Positions 49,384-59,354 are shown, numbered from the stretch's first letter. The stretch: DNA of 64,000 nt from an uncultured Acidobacteriota bacterium (GCA_963732935.1 CAVTBK010000005.1:528736-592735), one strand, 5' to 3'. Numbers and translations: made by a program. Notes: generated by a model from the letters alone, not told the origin.

Positions 49384-51804
49384 TCAGAAGGTGGTGCCGA
49401 CCGCGAACTTGAAGGCCCGCGCCGGCTGGTAGTAGTCGCGGTTGAGGTTCCAGGCGTAGATGAGCCGGAACGGCACGTTGAGCACGGGCATCAGGAACCG
49501 CAGCTCGACGCCGGTGGAGGTGGTCATGGTCTTCCACCAGAACCCCTGCCCTTCCGGGTAGGCCTGACCGGCGTCGAAGAAGACGAGCAGCCGGAGCGGG
49601 CTCAGGAAGTCGAAGTAGTACTCGGCGTTCGCCAGCAGGAACTTGTCGCCCCCCGTGGCCGTCTTGGTCTTGGGGTCGAACGGCGCCACGCTCTGGACGT
49701 TGACGCCGCGGATCTGCGTCTCGCCCCCCAGGAAGTACCGCTGGTAGTAGGGCACCTCGCTGGTGTCGCCGAAGGGCCTGATCCAGCCCGCCTGCCCGCG
49801 CAGGCCCAGCGCCATCTTCCGTCCCACCGGCAGGTAGACGACGCTCTCCAGGGTCGGGCGCAGGTAGTCGACGCTGCCGCCCAGGGGCCCGCCGGTCAGC
49901 TGGAAGCTCAGGGTGTGGCGCATCCCCGAGCGCGGGGTGTAGGGGTTGTCCACGGTGTCGCGGTTGAGAGTGAGGCTCACGCTGCTCTCGTAGCGCCGCC
50001 CCAGACCCCCGAAGTAGGACGGATCGCTGATCGGCAGGCTCGTCCCGGTGGCGAGGGCCGAGGCCTCCAGGGTCTGCAAGGTCTTCTCGTCCAGGTTGTA
50101 GATGTCGATGACCTGGTACGAGTAGCCGGTGAAGAGGCGTGTGAAGCCGCGAAGCGAGACGCCCGTGTTCACCGACACGCCCTGAGCCTGCTGCCCGTAT
50201 CCCACGAAGGTCCCATAGGAGAGGTAGGTGAGCCGGCGCAGGAAGACGTCGGCCCCGACCGTGATCGGGCGGTCCAGGAAGTAGGGCTCGCTCACCGAGA
50301 GCTGGAAGTTGCGACTGCGCCGGCCGGTCTGGGCGGCGAGGGTGACCGTCTCGCCCGCGCCCAGGAAGTTGGTGGTGGAGAAGGAGGCGTTCAGGAAGGT
50401 GCCCTCCAGGCCGCTCACGCCGCCGCCGAAGGTGAACTGGTTGCGGTTCTGCTCCTCGATCTTGAAGGTCACGTCCACCTTGTTGTCGGCCCCCGGAGTG
50501 GGCCTGATGTCGGGCGGCTTCTCCATGGGCTTGAAGTAGCCCAGCTGGTTGATCCGCTTGATCGACAGCTTGAGCGCCTCGGTGTTGAAGACCTCGCCTT
50601 CGTTCAGGTACACCTCGCGCCGGATCACCTTGTCCCGGGTCGAGTCGTTGCCGGTGAAGCTCAGCGTCCCGAGCAGGTACTGCTTGTCCTCCTCCATCCG
50701 CACCGTGACGTCGACCACCTTGCGCTCGGGATCCGGCTTCCTCTGGGTGCCCCCCGTCCACTGGAAGTAGCCCAGGCTCCCGTACAGGTCACGCAGCTTC
50801 TCGTAGGCCTTCTTGAACTTCGACTCGTTGTAGACCGCACCTTCCTTGAGCTTGAAGAAGCCGCGCACGTAGGACTCCTTCAGGACCTTGAGCCCCTCGA
50901 AGTCGAGCTTGCCCATCCGGTACTGCTCGCCTTCCGTGATCGGGATCTCGAGCCGCATCCACTTGACCGGCTTCTTCTTGATGAAGCCCGACTTGCCGTC
51001 GAAGTAGCTGATCTTCGGGTTGCCCACCCGCACCGTCACGTAGCCGTGGTTGAGATACAGGTCCTCGATCCTGCCCCGGTCCCCCCGCGGGTCCTCGTCG
51101 TCCCCCAGCCACTTGCTCTCCGCGTAGGTCGACTTGCCCCCCAGCCAGCTCAGGTTGAAGAAGCCCGCCTGCTTCATCTTGCTCATCCGCCAGCGCAGCC
51201 GCCGACCCGAGAAGACCTTGTTCCCGTCGAACACGATCTCCTTGATCTTCGTCTTCGGCCCGTCGTCGATCACGAACGAGAGCTGCTGGCCCGCGGCGCC
51301 CATCGCCTTCGCCTCGTGGTGTACCTTCGCGAAGGGCTGTCCCTTCAGGACCAGCATCTCCTTGATGATCGACTCCACCCGCCGGGCCTTGGCCGGGTCG
51401 TAGAAGGTGTCGACCCGGATCGTCGCGTCCCGCTTCTTCAGCTCGTCCTCGATGTTCGTGCTGGTCAGCTGCTTGCTGCCCCGGAAGTCCACGATCTGGA
51501 TGCGCTTCCTCTCCTGCACCTTGAAGCGCACGATCTTGCCCCCCTGCGGGCCATCCACCGCCTCGATCTGCAGGTCGTCCAGGAACCCCGTGTCCCACAA
51601 ACGCCGGAAGTCCTCGCGCAGCTTGGCCACGTCGTAGCGGTCACCGGGACGCGTCTGGATGTAGAAGAGCAGCGTGTCCGTCTGCAGCAGCTGGTTGTTG
51701 ACGATCTCGACCGCCTCCACCACCGGTCCCCCGCCCGAAGGCGCCGCCGACGGGGCGGTGAAGAGCAGGGCGAGCAGGACAACGACAGTCGCGCGTGGGC
51801 ACAT
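49384..51804 (-). CDS. bamA: Outer membrane protein assembly factor BamA
   Basis: Signal peptide, POTRA repeats, and a C-terminal beta-barrel ending ...AFKFAVGTTF with an aromatic terminal residue. Confidence 0.9.
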   Translation of the reverse strand: MCPRATVVVLLALLFTAPSAAPSGGGPVVEAVEIVNNQLLQTDTLLFYIQTRPGDRYDVAKLREDFRRLWDTGFLDDLQIEAVDGPQGGKIVRFKVQERKRIQIVDFRGSKQLTSTNIEDELKKRDATIRVDTFYDPAKARRVESIIKEMLVLKGQPFAKVHHEAKAMGAAGQQLSFVIDDGPKTKIKEIVFDGNKVFSGRRLRWRMSKMKQAGFFNLSWLGGKSTYAESKWLGDDEDPRGDRGRIEDLYLNHGYVTVRVGNPKISYFDGKSGFIKKKPVKWMRLEIPITEGEQYRMGKLDFEGLKVLKESYVRGFFKLKEGAVYNESKFKKAYEKLRDLYGSLGYFQWTGGTQRKPDPERKVVDVTVRMEEDKQYLLGTLSFTGNDSTRDKVIRREVYLNEGEVFNTEALKLSIKRINQLGYFKPMEKPPDIRPTPGADNKVDVTFKIEEQNRNQFTFGGGVSGLEGTFLNASFSTTNFLGAGETVTLAAQTGRRSRNFQLSVSEPYFLDRPITVGADVFLRRLTYLSYGTFVGYGQQAQGVSVNTGVSLRGFTRLFTGYSYQVIDIYNLDEKTLQTLEASALATGTSLPISDPSYFGGLGRRYESSVSLTLNRDTVDNPYTPRSGMRHTLSFQLTGGPLGGSVDYLRPTLESVVYLPVGRKMALGLRGQAGWIRPFGDTSEVPYYQRYFLGGETQIRGVNVQSVAPFDPKTKTATGGDKFLLANAEYYFDFLSPLRLLVFFDAGQAYPEGQGFWWKTMTTSTGVELRFLMPVLNVPFRLIYAWNLNRDYYQPARAFKFAVGTTF

Positions 51805-51917
51805 CCCTCGCAATCTGCGCCCCGACGGCGCCCGAGTCTTCATGCCGGCGAAAGAACGCGGTCAGACATGTAAGCGGCGCCCGCGGCGCCCGCGCCCCTT
51901 GGGCCGCCGGCGCGCGG

Positions 51918-51932
51918 ATTTACATCGCTTAC
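51918..51932 (+). promoter_or_regulatory. 15-bp AT-rich box ATTTACATCGCTTAC (reverse complement GTAAGCGATGTAAAT), copy 1
   Basis: Exact reverse-complement match to 57544-57558. It sits 58 nt upstream of the GTG at 51990. A half-site TGTAAGCG is also present at 51868-51875. Confidence 0.45.
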
Positions 51933-51989
51933 CGACGGCTTTCACCGCCATGAAGACTGGCCGGCACGGCGGGCACAGATTCTCGGGGA

Positions 51990-53129
51990 GTGGGCTACGG
52001 CTCGACAAGACCGTTCCTCCTCCTCCTGTGGGTCTCCCTGGGTGCCGGCGCCGGGATCATCCAGTCGCTGGTCGGCGAGGTGGTCTCGGCGCCGGCAGAC
52101 GGAGGGCGGCGTCTGCTGGTGAAGAAGGACGGCGGCGGCACGGTTGCCGTCGTGATCGCGGATGGAGCGCGCATCCTGCGCCTGCCACCGGGAAAGACCG
52201 CGCTCGCAGACGCGACCCCGATCGCCCTCGACGCGATCACGGAGGGCGACCGGGTGCTCTGCCGGGCGAACGCCGGAACCGAGCCCGACACCTGGAGGGC
52301 CTCGCTGGTCGTCGTCATGAAGCGTGCCGACCTCGAAGAGCGCCGCGCGCGGGAGCGGGACGACTGGAGGCGGCGCGGCGCGGCAGGCGTCGTGACGGCA
52401 CTCGACCCCGTCGCCCTCGAGATCCGGATGCGCCTGACCGGCACGCGCGGCGAGCTGGTGGCCGTGTGCAACCCGCGGACTGTCTTCCGCCGCTACGGCT
52501 CGGGCTCGTCCCGCTTCGCCGACACCCACCTCAGCGCCTTCCACGAGCTGGCGGTCGGCGACCAGGTCCGGGTGCTGGGCGAGCGCGACGCCGCCGGCGC
52601 GCGTCTTGTCGCGGAAGAGGTCGTCTCGGGGGCCTTCCGGGTGGTGCGCGGCGTGCTCGCGGAGGCGGACGCGGCGCACGGGATCGTCCGCGTGCGCGAG
52701 AGCGGGCAGGGCCGAGCCGGCCGCGCTGGCCAGGCGATGGTCGAGCTGAAGCTCGGCCCCGCCACCCTGCTCCGCCGCCTCCCCCCCATGCTGGTGATGC
52801 GCCTGATGCGTGCTTCCGCTCGCGGCGCGACCGCGGGCGGCACGGAAGCGGACGCGCGCCCGGAGGAGGAGGAGTCGCCGCGCCTCGACCCGGACGAGAT
52901 CCTGGAAAGGCTGCCCGCCATCGGCGCGGAAGACCTGCGACCGGGCGACGAGCTGGCGGCGGTGGGGCCGAAAGGGCCGGACGGCGCCCCTCTCGCGGCC
53001 ACCAAGCTGGTGGTGTGGACGCTCCCGTCCTGGCAGGACGCACGCTCGCGCTCTCGCCGCGGCGGCAGCGAAGAGCCGACGGACCCGTTCCTGGAGGTTC
53101 TCGGCGTCGGAGGAGAGACACCTTGGTGA
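51990..53129 (+). CDS. Secreted protein with repeated beta-rich modules (DUF5666-like)
   Basis: Hydrophobic N-terminus (PFLLLLWVSLGAGAGIIQ). Repeated G.VVxV...GD.V.V segments. The stop overlaps the next gene's start. Confidence 0.55.
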   Translation: MGYGSTRPFLLLLWVSLGAGAGIIQSLVGEVVSAPADGGRRLLVKKDGGGTVAVVIADGARILRLPPGKTALADATPIALDAITEGDRVLCRANAGTEPDTWRASLVVVMKRADLEERRARERDDWRRRGAAGVVTALDPVALEIRMRLTGTRGELVAVCNPRTVFRRYGSGSSRFADTHLSAFHELAVGDQVRVLGERDAAGARLVAEEVVSGAFRVVRGVLAEADAAHGIVRVRESGQGRAGRAGQAMVELKLGPATLLRRLPPMLVMRLMRASARGATAGGTEADARPEEEESPRLDPDEILERLPAIGAEDLRPGDELAAVGPKGPDGAPLAATKLVVWTLPSWQDARSRSRRGGSEEPTDPFLEVLGVGGETPW

Positions 53130-56100
53130 CGAGACGCCCCCCGATCCTCCCGGTCGCGTCTGCCGTCGTGGTCGCGCTGCTCGGCGCAGCGATCCCTTCC
53201 CTTGCGGCACCGCCTATCTCTCCTCCTGAGACGGGCTCGCTCGAGGGCACGGTCGTCGACCCCTCGGGCGCAAGCGTCCCGGGGGCGCACGTCGAGGTGC
53301 GGGGCGCCGGCACCCGCCGCTCGGGCAAGACCGACAAGGGCGGCGCGTGGAAGCTCGAGGGACTGCGGCCCGGCCGCTACACGGTCCGCGTTACACGCGA
53401 AGGCTTCGCTGCCGACGCCCGCGAGGCGGCGGTGGTCGCGGGCGGCGAGACCTCGCTCGAGATCTCGCTCGCCCTGGCCCCGGTCGAGGAGAAGGTGAAC
53501 GTCGCCGAGCCTCACCCGACCATCGGGCTCTCCCAGGAACAGAGCGCAGGCGCGATCGTGATCGAGGGCGATGAGCTGGACGCGCTGCCGGACGATCCCG
53601 ACGAGCTGCTGGACGCACTCCAGGCCCTGGCCGGCCCGGCGGCGGGGCCGAGCGGGGGCCAGGTGTTCGTGGACGGCTTCAGCGGCGGCCGGATGCCGCC
53701 CAAGTCCGCGATCCGCCAGATCCGGATCAACGCCAGCCCCTTCTCCGCCGAGTACGACCGTCCCGGCTTCGGCCGGATCGAGATCTTCACCAAGCCGGGC
53801 AGCGAGTCCTTCCACGGCCAGGCCCAGGCGCGCCTCCGCGACAGCGCCCTGGACGCCCGCGACTCGTACGCGTCCAACAAGCCCGACTACCGTCGCCTGA
53901 CCTGGGGCGGCGGCATCGGCGGGCCGATCGTCAAGGGGCGGGCTTCCTTCTTTCTCGACTTCGACCGTCGCAGCGTCGACGACACCGAGCTGGTGAACGC
54001 CACCGTGCTCGGCGAGGACCTTCAGCCCACCTCGTACAACGATTCCCTGGTGGTCCCCCGCCACCACACCACGATCAGCCCCAGGGTCGACGCCCAGCTC
54101 GGCGCTCACACCCTCACCCTGCGCTACGCCTACACCTCGGACGACCAGCAAGGAGCGGGCGTGGGCGGCTTCTCCCTGCCGTCCCGCAGCTACGACGTCT
54201 CGAGCGCACAGCAACTGCTCCAGGCCGGCGACACGGTCTCCTTCGGCAGGCTGCTAAACGAGCTGCGCGTCCAATGGACGCGCCGGCGCCGGAGCCAGGA
54301 CCCGCTGAGCGGCCTCCCCGCCCTGGTGGTACAGGAGGCGTTCACTTCGGGAGGCGCCGACGCGGGGCTCTCCTCCTCGCGCGACCAGGGGCTCGAGATC
54401 CACGACATCCTGTCGGGCACCTGGGGCGCCCACTCGATCCGCACCGGTCTGCGCGTCCGCGGCAGCGATCACTCCGAGACCTCCCGCCAGGGCTGGAACG
54501 GCAGCGTCACCTTCGCTGGCGGCCTGGCGCCGGTCCTGGACGCCGACGGCCAGGTCGTGCTCGGACCCGACGGCAGCCCGCTGCTCGCGCCCATCTCCAG
54601 CCTGGAGCGCTACCGGCGAACGCTCCTCTTCGCCTCGCAGGGCCTCGACCCCGCGGCCATCCGCGCCCGCGGCGGCGGCGCCAGCCAGCTCGCCATCGCG
54701 GGCGGCGACGCCGAAGCCGGCGTTCGCCAGTGGGACTTCGCCGCCTTCTTCCAGGACGACTGGAAGGCACGCCGGGACCTGACCCTGGGCCTGGGCCTGC
54801 GCCTGGAGAGCCAGACCAACGTCGCGCGGACCGTCGACCTCGCCCCGCGGCTTTCGATCGCCTGGTCGCCCGGCTATCCCGGGCGCGGCCCCGCGAAGAC
54901 GGTCCTGCGCGGCGGCGTCGGGCTCTTCTACGACCGCATCGACGACAGCCTCGTGCTCGACACGCGCCGCAACGCCATCAGCGCCCCGCGCCGCTACCTG
55001 GTGAGCGACCCTTTGCTCCTCGACGAGGTCCGCTACGCTGCGGACGGCAGTGTCGCGAGCCTGCCCTCCTTCGACGCGCTGGGCGCAGCGGAACAGCCGG
55101 CCCTGGTACGCCTCTTCGCGGACGGCCTCAGGACGCCACTCGCTCTCCACACCTCGATCGGCGTCGACCGCACCTTGCCGGCGGGCTTCACGCTCACCGC
55201 GGCCTGGCTCGACTCGCGCACCTGGCGCGCCCTGCGCTCGCGTGTGGTCCCGGCACCTTCGGCCGGAGAGAACGGCGCCGCGGCGGTCGCCTACCAGTAC
55301 GAGTCCACCGGGCGGATGCGCCAGGACCAGCTGATCCTGGGGCTGAACCGCCGTTTCAGCGAGCGGCTGAGCCTGTCCATGCGCTACTTCCTCGGCTGGG
55401 CCCGCAGCGACACCGACGGGGCCGGCAGCTTCCCCGCCGATTCCAGCGATCCCGCCGCCGACTGGGGGCGTTCCTCGCACGACGTGCGCCACCGCCTGAT
55501 CCTGATGGGCAGCGTGACCCTGCCCTGGGAAGTGCGCCTGAGTCCGTTCCTGATCGCCTCCTCGGGCGCCCCCTTCAACATCACGGTCGGCCGGGACCTG
55601 AACGGCGACACGGCGTTCACGGACCGTCCCGCCTACGCGAGCGACCCCTCGAACCCGGACGCAGTCACGACGCCCTGGGGCGTCTTCGACACGTCTCCCT
55701 CCCCGGGCGAAGAGACCATCCCGCGCAACCTGGGAGAGGCGCCGGGCCTTCTCGTCTTCAACCTCCGCGTGAGCAAGACCATCCCTCTCGTGCGCCGCCG
55801 GGCGCAGGCCACGGACGACCCGGAGGCCGGCGGACACGACGGGCCCGATGGTGGTCCCGGGCCGGGTGGCCCGCCTCCGGGAGGACACGGCGGACCCGGG
55901 GGGCCGGGCGGCTTCGGCGGCCCGCCGGGTATGGGGCCGGGCGGCTTCCGGGGACGAGGCGGCCGCTTTGGCGGACGCCGGCAGACGGGGCCCTCGCTGA
56001 GCGTGTCGCTCTACGCGCAGAACGTGCTCAACAAGGCCAACGCCGGCGTGCCCGTCGGCAACCTCAGCTCCCCGACTTTCGGGCGCTCCCTCACCAGCGC

Positions 56101-56191
56101 CGGCGCCTTCGGCCGCGGCCCGGGTGGCGGCGGTCCGGGCGGGGCCACGGGCAACCGCTCGATCGAGCTGCGGGTCCGCGCGTCCTTCTGA
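53126..56191 (+). CDS. TonB-dependent receptor-like outer membrane protein with N-terminal carboxypeptidase-regulatory-like domain
   Basis: Signal peptide; LEGTVVDPSGASVPGAHVEVRG...GGAWKLEGLRPGRYTVRV (CarboxypepD_reg); a long beta-barrel region; a Gly-rich low-complexity insert near the C-terminus; terminal ...IELRVRASF. Confidence 0.8.
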   Translation: MTRRPPILPVASAVVVALLGAAIPSLAAPPISPPETGSLEGTVVDPSGASVPGAHVEVRGAGTRRSGKTDKGGAWKLEGLRPGRYTVRVTREGFAADAREAAVVAGGETSLEISLALAPVEEKVNVAEPHPTIGLSQEQSAGAIVIEGDELDALPDDPDELLDALQALAGPAAGPSGGQVFVDGFSGGRMPPKSAIRQIRINASPFSAEYDRPGFGRIEIFTKPGSESFHGQAQARLRDSALDARDSYASNKPDYRRLTWGGGIGGPIVKGRASFFLDFDRRSVDDTELVNATVLGEDLQPTSYNDSLVVPRHHTTISPRVDAQLGAHTLTLRYAYTSDDQQGAGVGGFSLPSRSYDVSSAQQLLQAGDTVSFGRLLNELRVQWTRRRRSQDPLSGLPALVVQEAFTSGGADAGLSSSRDQGLEIHDILSGTWGAHSIRTGLRVRGSDHSETSRQGWNGSVTFAGGLAPVLDADGQVVLGPDGSPLLAPISSLERYRRTLLFASQGLDPAAIRARGGGASQLAIAGGDAEAGVRQWDFAAFFQDDWKARRDLTLGLGLRLESQTNVARTVDLAPRLSIAWSPGYPGRGPAKTVLRGGVGLFYDRIDDSLVLDTRRNAISAPRRYLVSDPLLLDEVRYAADGSVASLPSFDALGAAEQPALVRLFADGLRTPLALHTSIGVDRTLPAGFTLTAAWLDSRTWRALRSRVVPAPSAGENGAAAVAYQYESTGRMRQDQLILGLNRRFSERLSLSMRYFLGWARSDTDGAGSFPADSSDPAADWGRSSHDVRHRLILMGSVTLPWEVRLSPFLIASSGAPFNITVGRDLNGDTAFTDRPAYASDPSNPDAVTTPWGVFDTSPSPGEETIPRNLGEAPGLLVFNLRVSKTIPLVRRRAQATDDPEAGGHDGPDGGPGPGGPPPGGHGGPGGPGGFGGPPGMGPGGFRGRGGRFGGRRQTGPSLSVSLYAQNVLNKANAGVPVGNLSSPTFGRSLTSAGAFGRGPGGGGPGGATGNRSIELRVRASF

Positions 56192-56236
56192 GCGCGCGGC
56201 CGGACCGCTCCTCGAGGGATCGCCTGACCGCTCCGC

Positions 56237-56542
56237 CTATCTCAGGCAGGGAGAGACGCTCGCGCTCCCGCGGATGCCGGGGTCAGGAGAGGCGTGCAGC
56301 GGCCTGCCCAGGATCCCGGCATCCAGGGACGGCCTCGCCGGTACGATCCTGATCGCACACACCGTCCGGCCTCGCCCGACCGGCAGACGGAGGCCGAACG
56401 ATCCCACGGCTCGGGCGGCAGGGCCGGGAGACGACAAGCTGAAGGGGGCGAGCCGATTCACGTACCCCCCGCCCAGCCTGAAGGGCGTCACCCGCGGGGC
56501 ATCCGCTGCGGAACCGAGGATCAGGATCAGAGCGATCAGCAT
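56237..56542 (-). CDS. Candidate small ORF with signal-peptide-like N-terminus in a 465-bp intergenic gap (weak)
   Basis: MLIALILILGSAADAP..., with a GGGAGG SD-like sequence about 10 nt upstream. The rest is Arg/Pro/Gly-rich, as expected for a chance high-GC ORF. Confidence 0.2.
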   Translation of the reverse strand: MLIALILILGSAADAPRVTPFRLGGGYVNRLAPFSLSSPGPAARAVGSFGLRLPVGRGRTVCAIRIVPARPSLDAGILGRPLHASPDPGIRGSASVSPCLR

Positions 56543-56654
56543 CTCTCAGCCTCCCGTCTCTCTCCTCCCGATCCTACCCTCTCGACACCCCCGCGACCAG
56601 GAGGCGGCGCCGCCTGAAGCGCCGCCTCCTGACCTCCGCTGGGTCTGGGAACGC

Positions 56655-57449
56655 CTACGGCGCGGGCGGCGCGTCCGGCCCCGTGGCCGGGGGCGGAGCC
56701 CCCTGGGGAGGAGGCGGCCCCTGCGGGCGAGGAGTGTCCGCAGAAGGCTCCTCTGTCTCCGCCTTGAAGGGATCGAACACCCGCTTGATCTTGACCGTGT
56801 CGCCGAAGGGACGATCCAGCTCCACGAGCACGGTCAGCTGCCGTGGCTCGGTGGTCGCTGACCACTCCTCTTTCATGCCGCCACGCTGCGACTTCGTCTC
56901 GACCAGGAGCCTGGCGCCGTCCCAGTGGGTCTTGACGGTCCGGCCCTCCGCGTTCTCATAGCCCTTGCCGTCGGCGTGCAGCGTGCGCAGCGTGGCCTCG
57001 GGGCCGACGATCGTGATCTCCGGCGTGAGGTTCGTGATCGTGATCTTGTCGGCGGTGAAGAGCATCCCCCCACCGGCGAAGCCGCCCGGGCGTCCTTCGC
57101 GCGCCATGCCGCCGCCGGGGCCGCCACCCCAGCCGCCGCGGCGAACGCCGCGGCGAACGCCGCCGCCCCAGCGACCACCGCCTCCGCCTTCGGGCGGCTC
57201 ACCTTCCCCGCCGCCCCACCGGCCGCCGCCCGGGCCGCCGCGGTTCGGCCGCCCCTCGCGCATCTTCGCGCGCGGGTCGTCGCTCAGCTGCTTGTTCAAC
57301 GACCACTCCCCCACGAATGCCTGCCGGGCAGCCGTGACGGCCGCCTCGTCCGCAGCCTTGTCCTTCGCGCTGGCAGGAGTCGACAGGCCGACCCCCGCCA
57401 GGACGATCGCTCCCGCCAGGGCGAAGAGCCGACCCACCTGCTTGTGCAT
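56655..57449 (-). CDS. Secreted glycine-rich protein
   Basis: MHKQVGRLFALAGAIVLAGVGLSTPASA (signal peptide), then GGPGGGRWGGGEG... repeats, and a C-terminal Pro-rich tail. Confidence 0.6.
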   Translation of the reverse strand: MHKQVGRLFALAGAIVLAGVGLSTPASAKDKAADEAAVTAARQAFVGEWSLNKQLSDDPRAKMREGRPNRGGPGGGRWGGGEGEPPEGGGGGRWGGGVRRGVRRGGWGGGPGGGMAREGRPGGFAGGGMLFTADKITITNLTPEITIVGPEATLRTLHADGKGYENAEGRTVKTHWDGARLLVETKSQRGGMKEEWSATTEPRQLTVLVELDRPFGDTVKIKRVFDPFKAETEEPSADTPRPQGPPPPQGAPPPATGPDAPPAP

Positions 57450-57543
57450 GGTTCCTCCGCGGCGCGACCCTCGGTCGCACACTTGCCAGTATCCACGATC
57501 GTCTCGCTCGGACCGGGAGTCATCATGCCCACGAAAGTCCTCT

Positions 57544-57558
57544 GTAAGCGATGTAAAT
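57544..57558 (+). promoter_or_regulatory. 15-bp box GTAAGCGATGTAAAT, copy 2, in a direct-repeat half-site arrangement (GTAAG-N4-GTAAA)
   Basis: It lies in the 159-bp divergent region between the Gly-rich protein gene (start 57449, minus) and the histidine kinase gene (start 57609, plus). Confidence 0.45.
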
Positions 57559-57608
57559 GACGCCCCGCCGCCGCCAGGCCCGCCTTCTCGCGCTGCTACA
57601 CTCGCCGC

Positions 57609-59354
57609 ATGTGGCGTTGGCCCCGCCAGTACGGGCTCTGGATCACACTCGGCTCGCTCGCGTTCCTGCTCCTTCTACTCGGCGTCCTCCAGTACCGGTG
57701 GATCGGCGAGATCGGACGCGCCGAGGCGGAAAGGCAGAAGGCCCAGATCGCCCGCTCCGCGAACCGTTTCGCCGCCGGCCTGGACCGCGCGCTCGGGCAG
57801 GTGATGCTGGCGCTGCACGGCGAGCCCCGGTCGGAGCCGGCCGGTCCCGGCATGCTCGACGAACGCCTCGCGCTCCTCTCGCGGAGCGACGAGGCGCGGC
57901 TCGTCTCCCGCGTCCTGCGCCTCCGGCCGCGCGCGGGCGCCGTCTCCCTGGAGGACTGCACCGTTGCCGGGCCCCACTGCCAGCCCGGTACCTGGACGCC
58001 CGCATTGGAGACGCTTCGCCGGCGTCTCCTGGCACGTGAGGAGGCCGGCGGCTCTCCCTTCGAGAGCGGGATCCGTCCCGGTGAGATGCTGGACGACCCG
58101 CCCGCCCTGCTGCTCCCCGATCTCGAGCGGGAGGACACGGCGCCGAGGCAGGCCGGTCCTCAACGCCTCCGGCTCGACAGCCTGCTGGTGATCGAGCTGG
58201 ACACCGCCTACCTGCGCGGCACGCTCCTGCCCCAGCTCGCCGAGGCCTGTTTCGGTCCCTTGCGCGAGAGCGAGTTCGCGGTGAGTGTCGTGCGCCGCGC
58301 CGACCGTCACCCCCTGTACTCGAGTGCTCCCACGGACCGCGGCGAGGGGAGCCGCGGCGACCTGGAGCTGGAGATCCCCGGCTTCCTGCGTCCGAACCCC
58401 GAACGGGAAGGCCGCCGGCGCTTCCCGGGCTTCCTGTTCGGGGCCTGGAGGGAACGGGAGCGCCGCTTCGACTCCGCACCGGCGGAGGCGCCCTGGCTGC
58501 TGGTGGTGCGTCACCGGGGAGGCTCGCTGGACCACGCCGTGACGGCGATGCGGCGGCGCAACCTGGCCCTGAGCCTCGGTGTCCTGGCCCTCCTGGGAGC
58601 CGCCGCGATCGTCCTGGTGATCGGAGCCCAGCGGGCACGGAGCCTGGCGCGCCAGCAGATCGAGCTGGTCGCCGGCGTGAGCCACGAGCTCAACACGCCG
58701 CTCGCCGCCATCCGCTCCGCCGGCGAGAACCTGGCGGAGGGCATCGTCACCGACCCCGCCCAGGTGCGCCGCTACGGTGCCTCGATCGAGCAGCAGGGCC
58801 GCCGCCTGACCGGGCTGGTCGCACAGGTCCTCGACTTCGCCGGGATCGAGTCGATGAGCCGCGCCTACGCGAGCGAGCCGGTTTCGCTCCCGCGCCTGGT
58901 CGACGATGCCCTCGCCGAGCTGCACCTGGTGCTCGAGCAGGCGGGCCTGGTCGTCCTGAAGGTGATCCCGGCCGACCTGCCGGAGCTGCGCGGAGACGCC
59001 CCCGCGCTCCGCCGGGTCCTCGCCAACCTGCTCACGAACGCGGCCAAGTTCGCCGCCGCCGGAGGTCGAGCCACGATTCGCGCCCATGCGGTCCCGGGCC
59101 GGAAGCGCGTGGTCCTGCGGGTCGAAGACGCGGGCCCCGGCATCCCGGCCGCCGAGCGCGCGCGGGTGTTCGAGCCCTTCTACCGGGGTGGCGCAGCCGG
59201 GCGGAACGAGGTCCCGGGCAGCGGGCTGGGGCTCGCCCTGGTCCGCCGCGTGGTGACGGCGCACGGCGGCAGCGTGCGGATCGAGGAGGCCGCGGGGGGA
59301 GGCACGGCCGTCGTGGTGGAGCTGCCCGCGGCCGGCCAAGGCGAGCCGTCGTGA
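57609..59354 (+). CDS. Sensor histidine kinase
   Basis: N-terminal TM (ITLGSLAFLLLLLGVL); HisKA H-box (SHELNTPLAAIRS); HATPase_c (G-boxes: EDAGPGIP, GSGLGLALV). Confidence 0.85.
   Translation: MWRWPRQYGLWITLGSLAFLLLLLGVLQYRWIGEIGRAEAERQKAQIARSANRFAAGLDRALGQVMLALHGEPRSEPAGPGMLDERLALLSRSDEARLVSRVLRLRPRAGAVSLEDCTVAGPHCQPGTWTPALETLRRRLLAREEAGGSPFESGIRPGEMLDDPPALLLPDLEREDTAPRQAGPQRLRLDSLLVIELDTAYLRGTLLPQLAEACFGPLRESEFAVSVVRRADRHPLYSSAPTDRGEGSRGDLELEIPGFLRPNPEREGRRRFPGFLFGAWRERERRFDSAPAEAPWLLVVRHRGGSLDHAVTAMRRRNLALSLGVLALLGAAAIVLVIGAQRARSLARQQIELVAGVSHELNTPLAAIRSAGENLAEGIVTDPAQVRRYGASIEQQGRRLTGLVAQVLDFAGIESMSRAYASEPVSLPRLVDDALAELHLVLEQAGLVVLKVIPADLPELRGDAPALRRVLANLLTNAAKFAAAGGRATIRAHAVPGRKRVVLRVEDAGPGIPAAERARVFEPFYRGGAAGRNEVPGSGLGLALVRRVVTAHGGSVRIEEAAGGGTAVVVELPAAGQGEPS

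Noticed and set aside
49361-50761. N-terminal portion of the 637-aa minus-strand ORF (48848-50761)
   Set aside because: It overlaps bamA in another frame. Only the terminal about 169 codons, beginning MITKLPRTALLLAAVALCAC, form a real small secreted protein.
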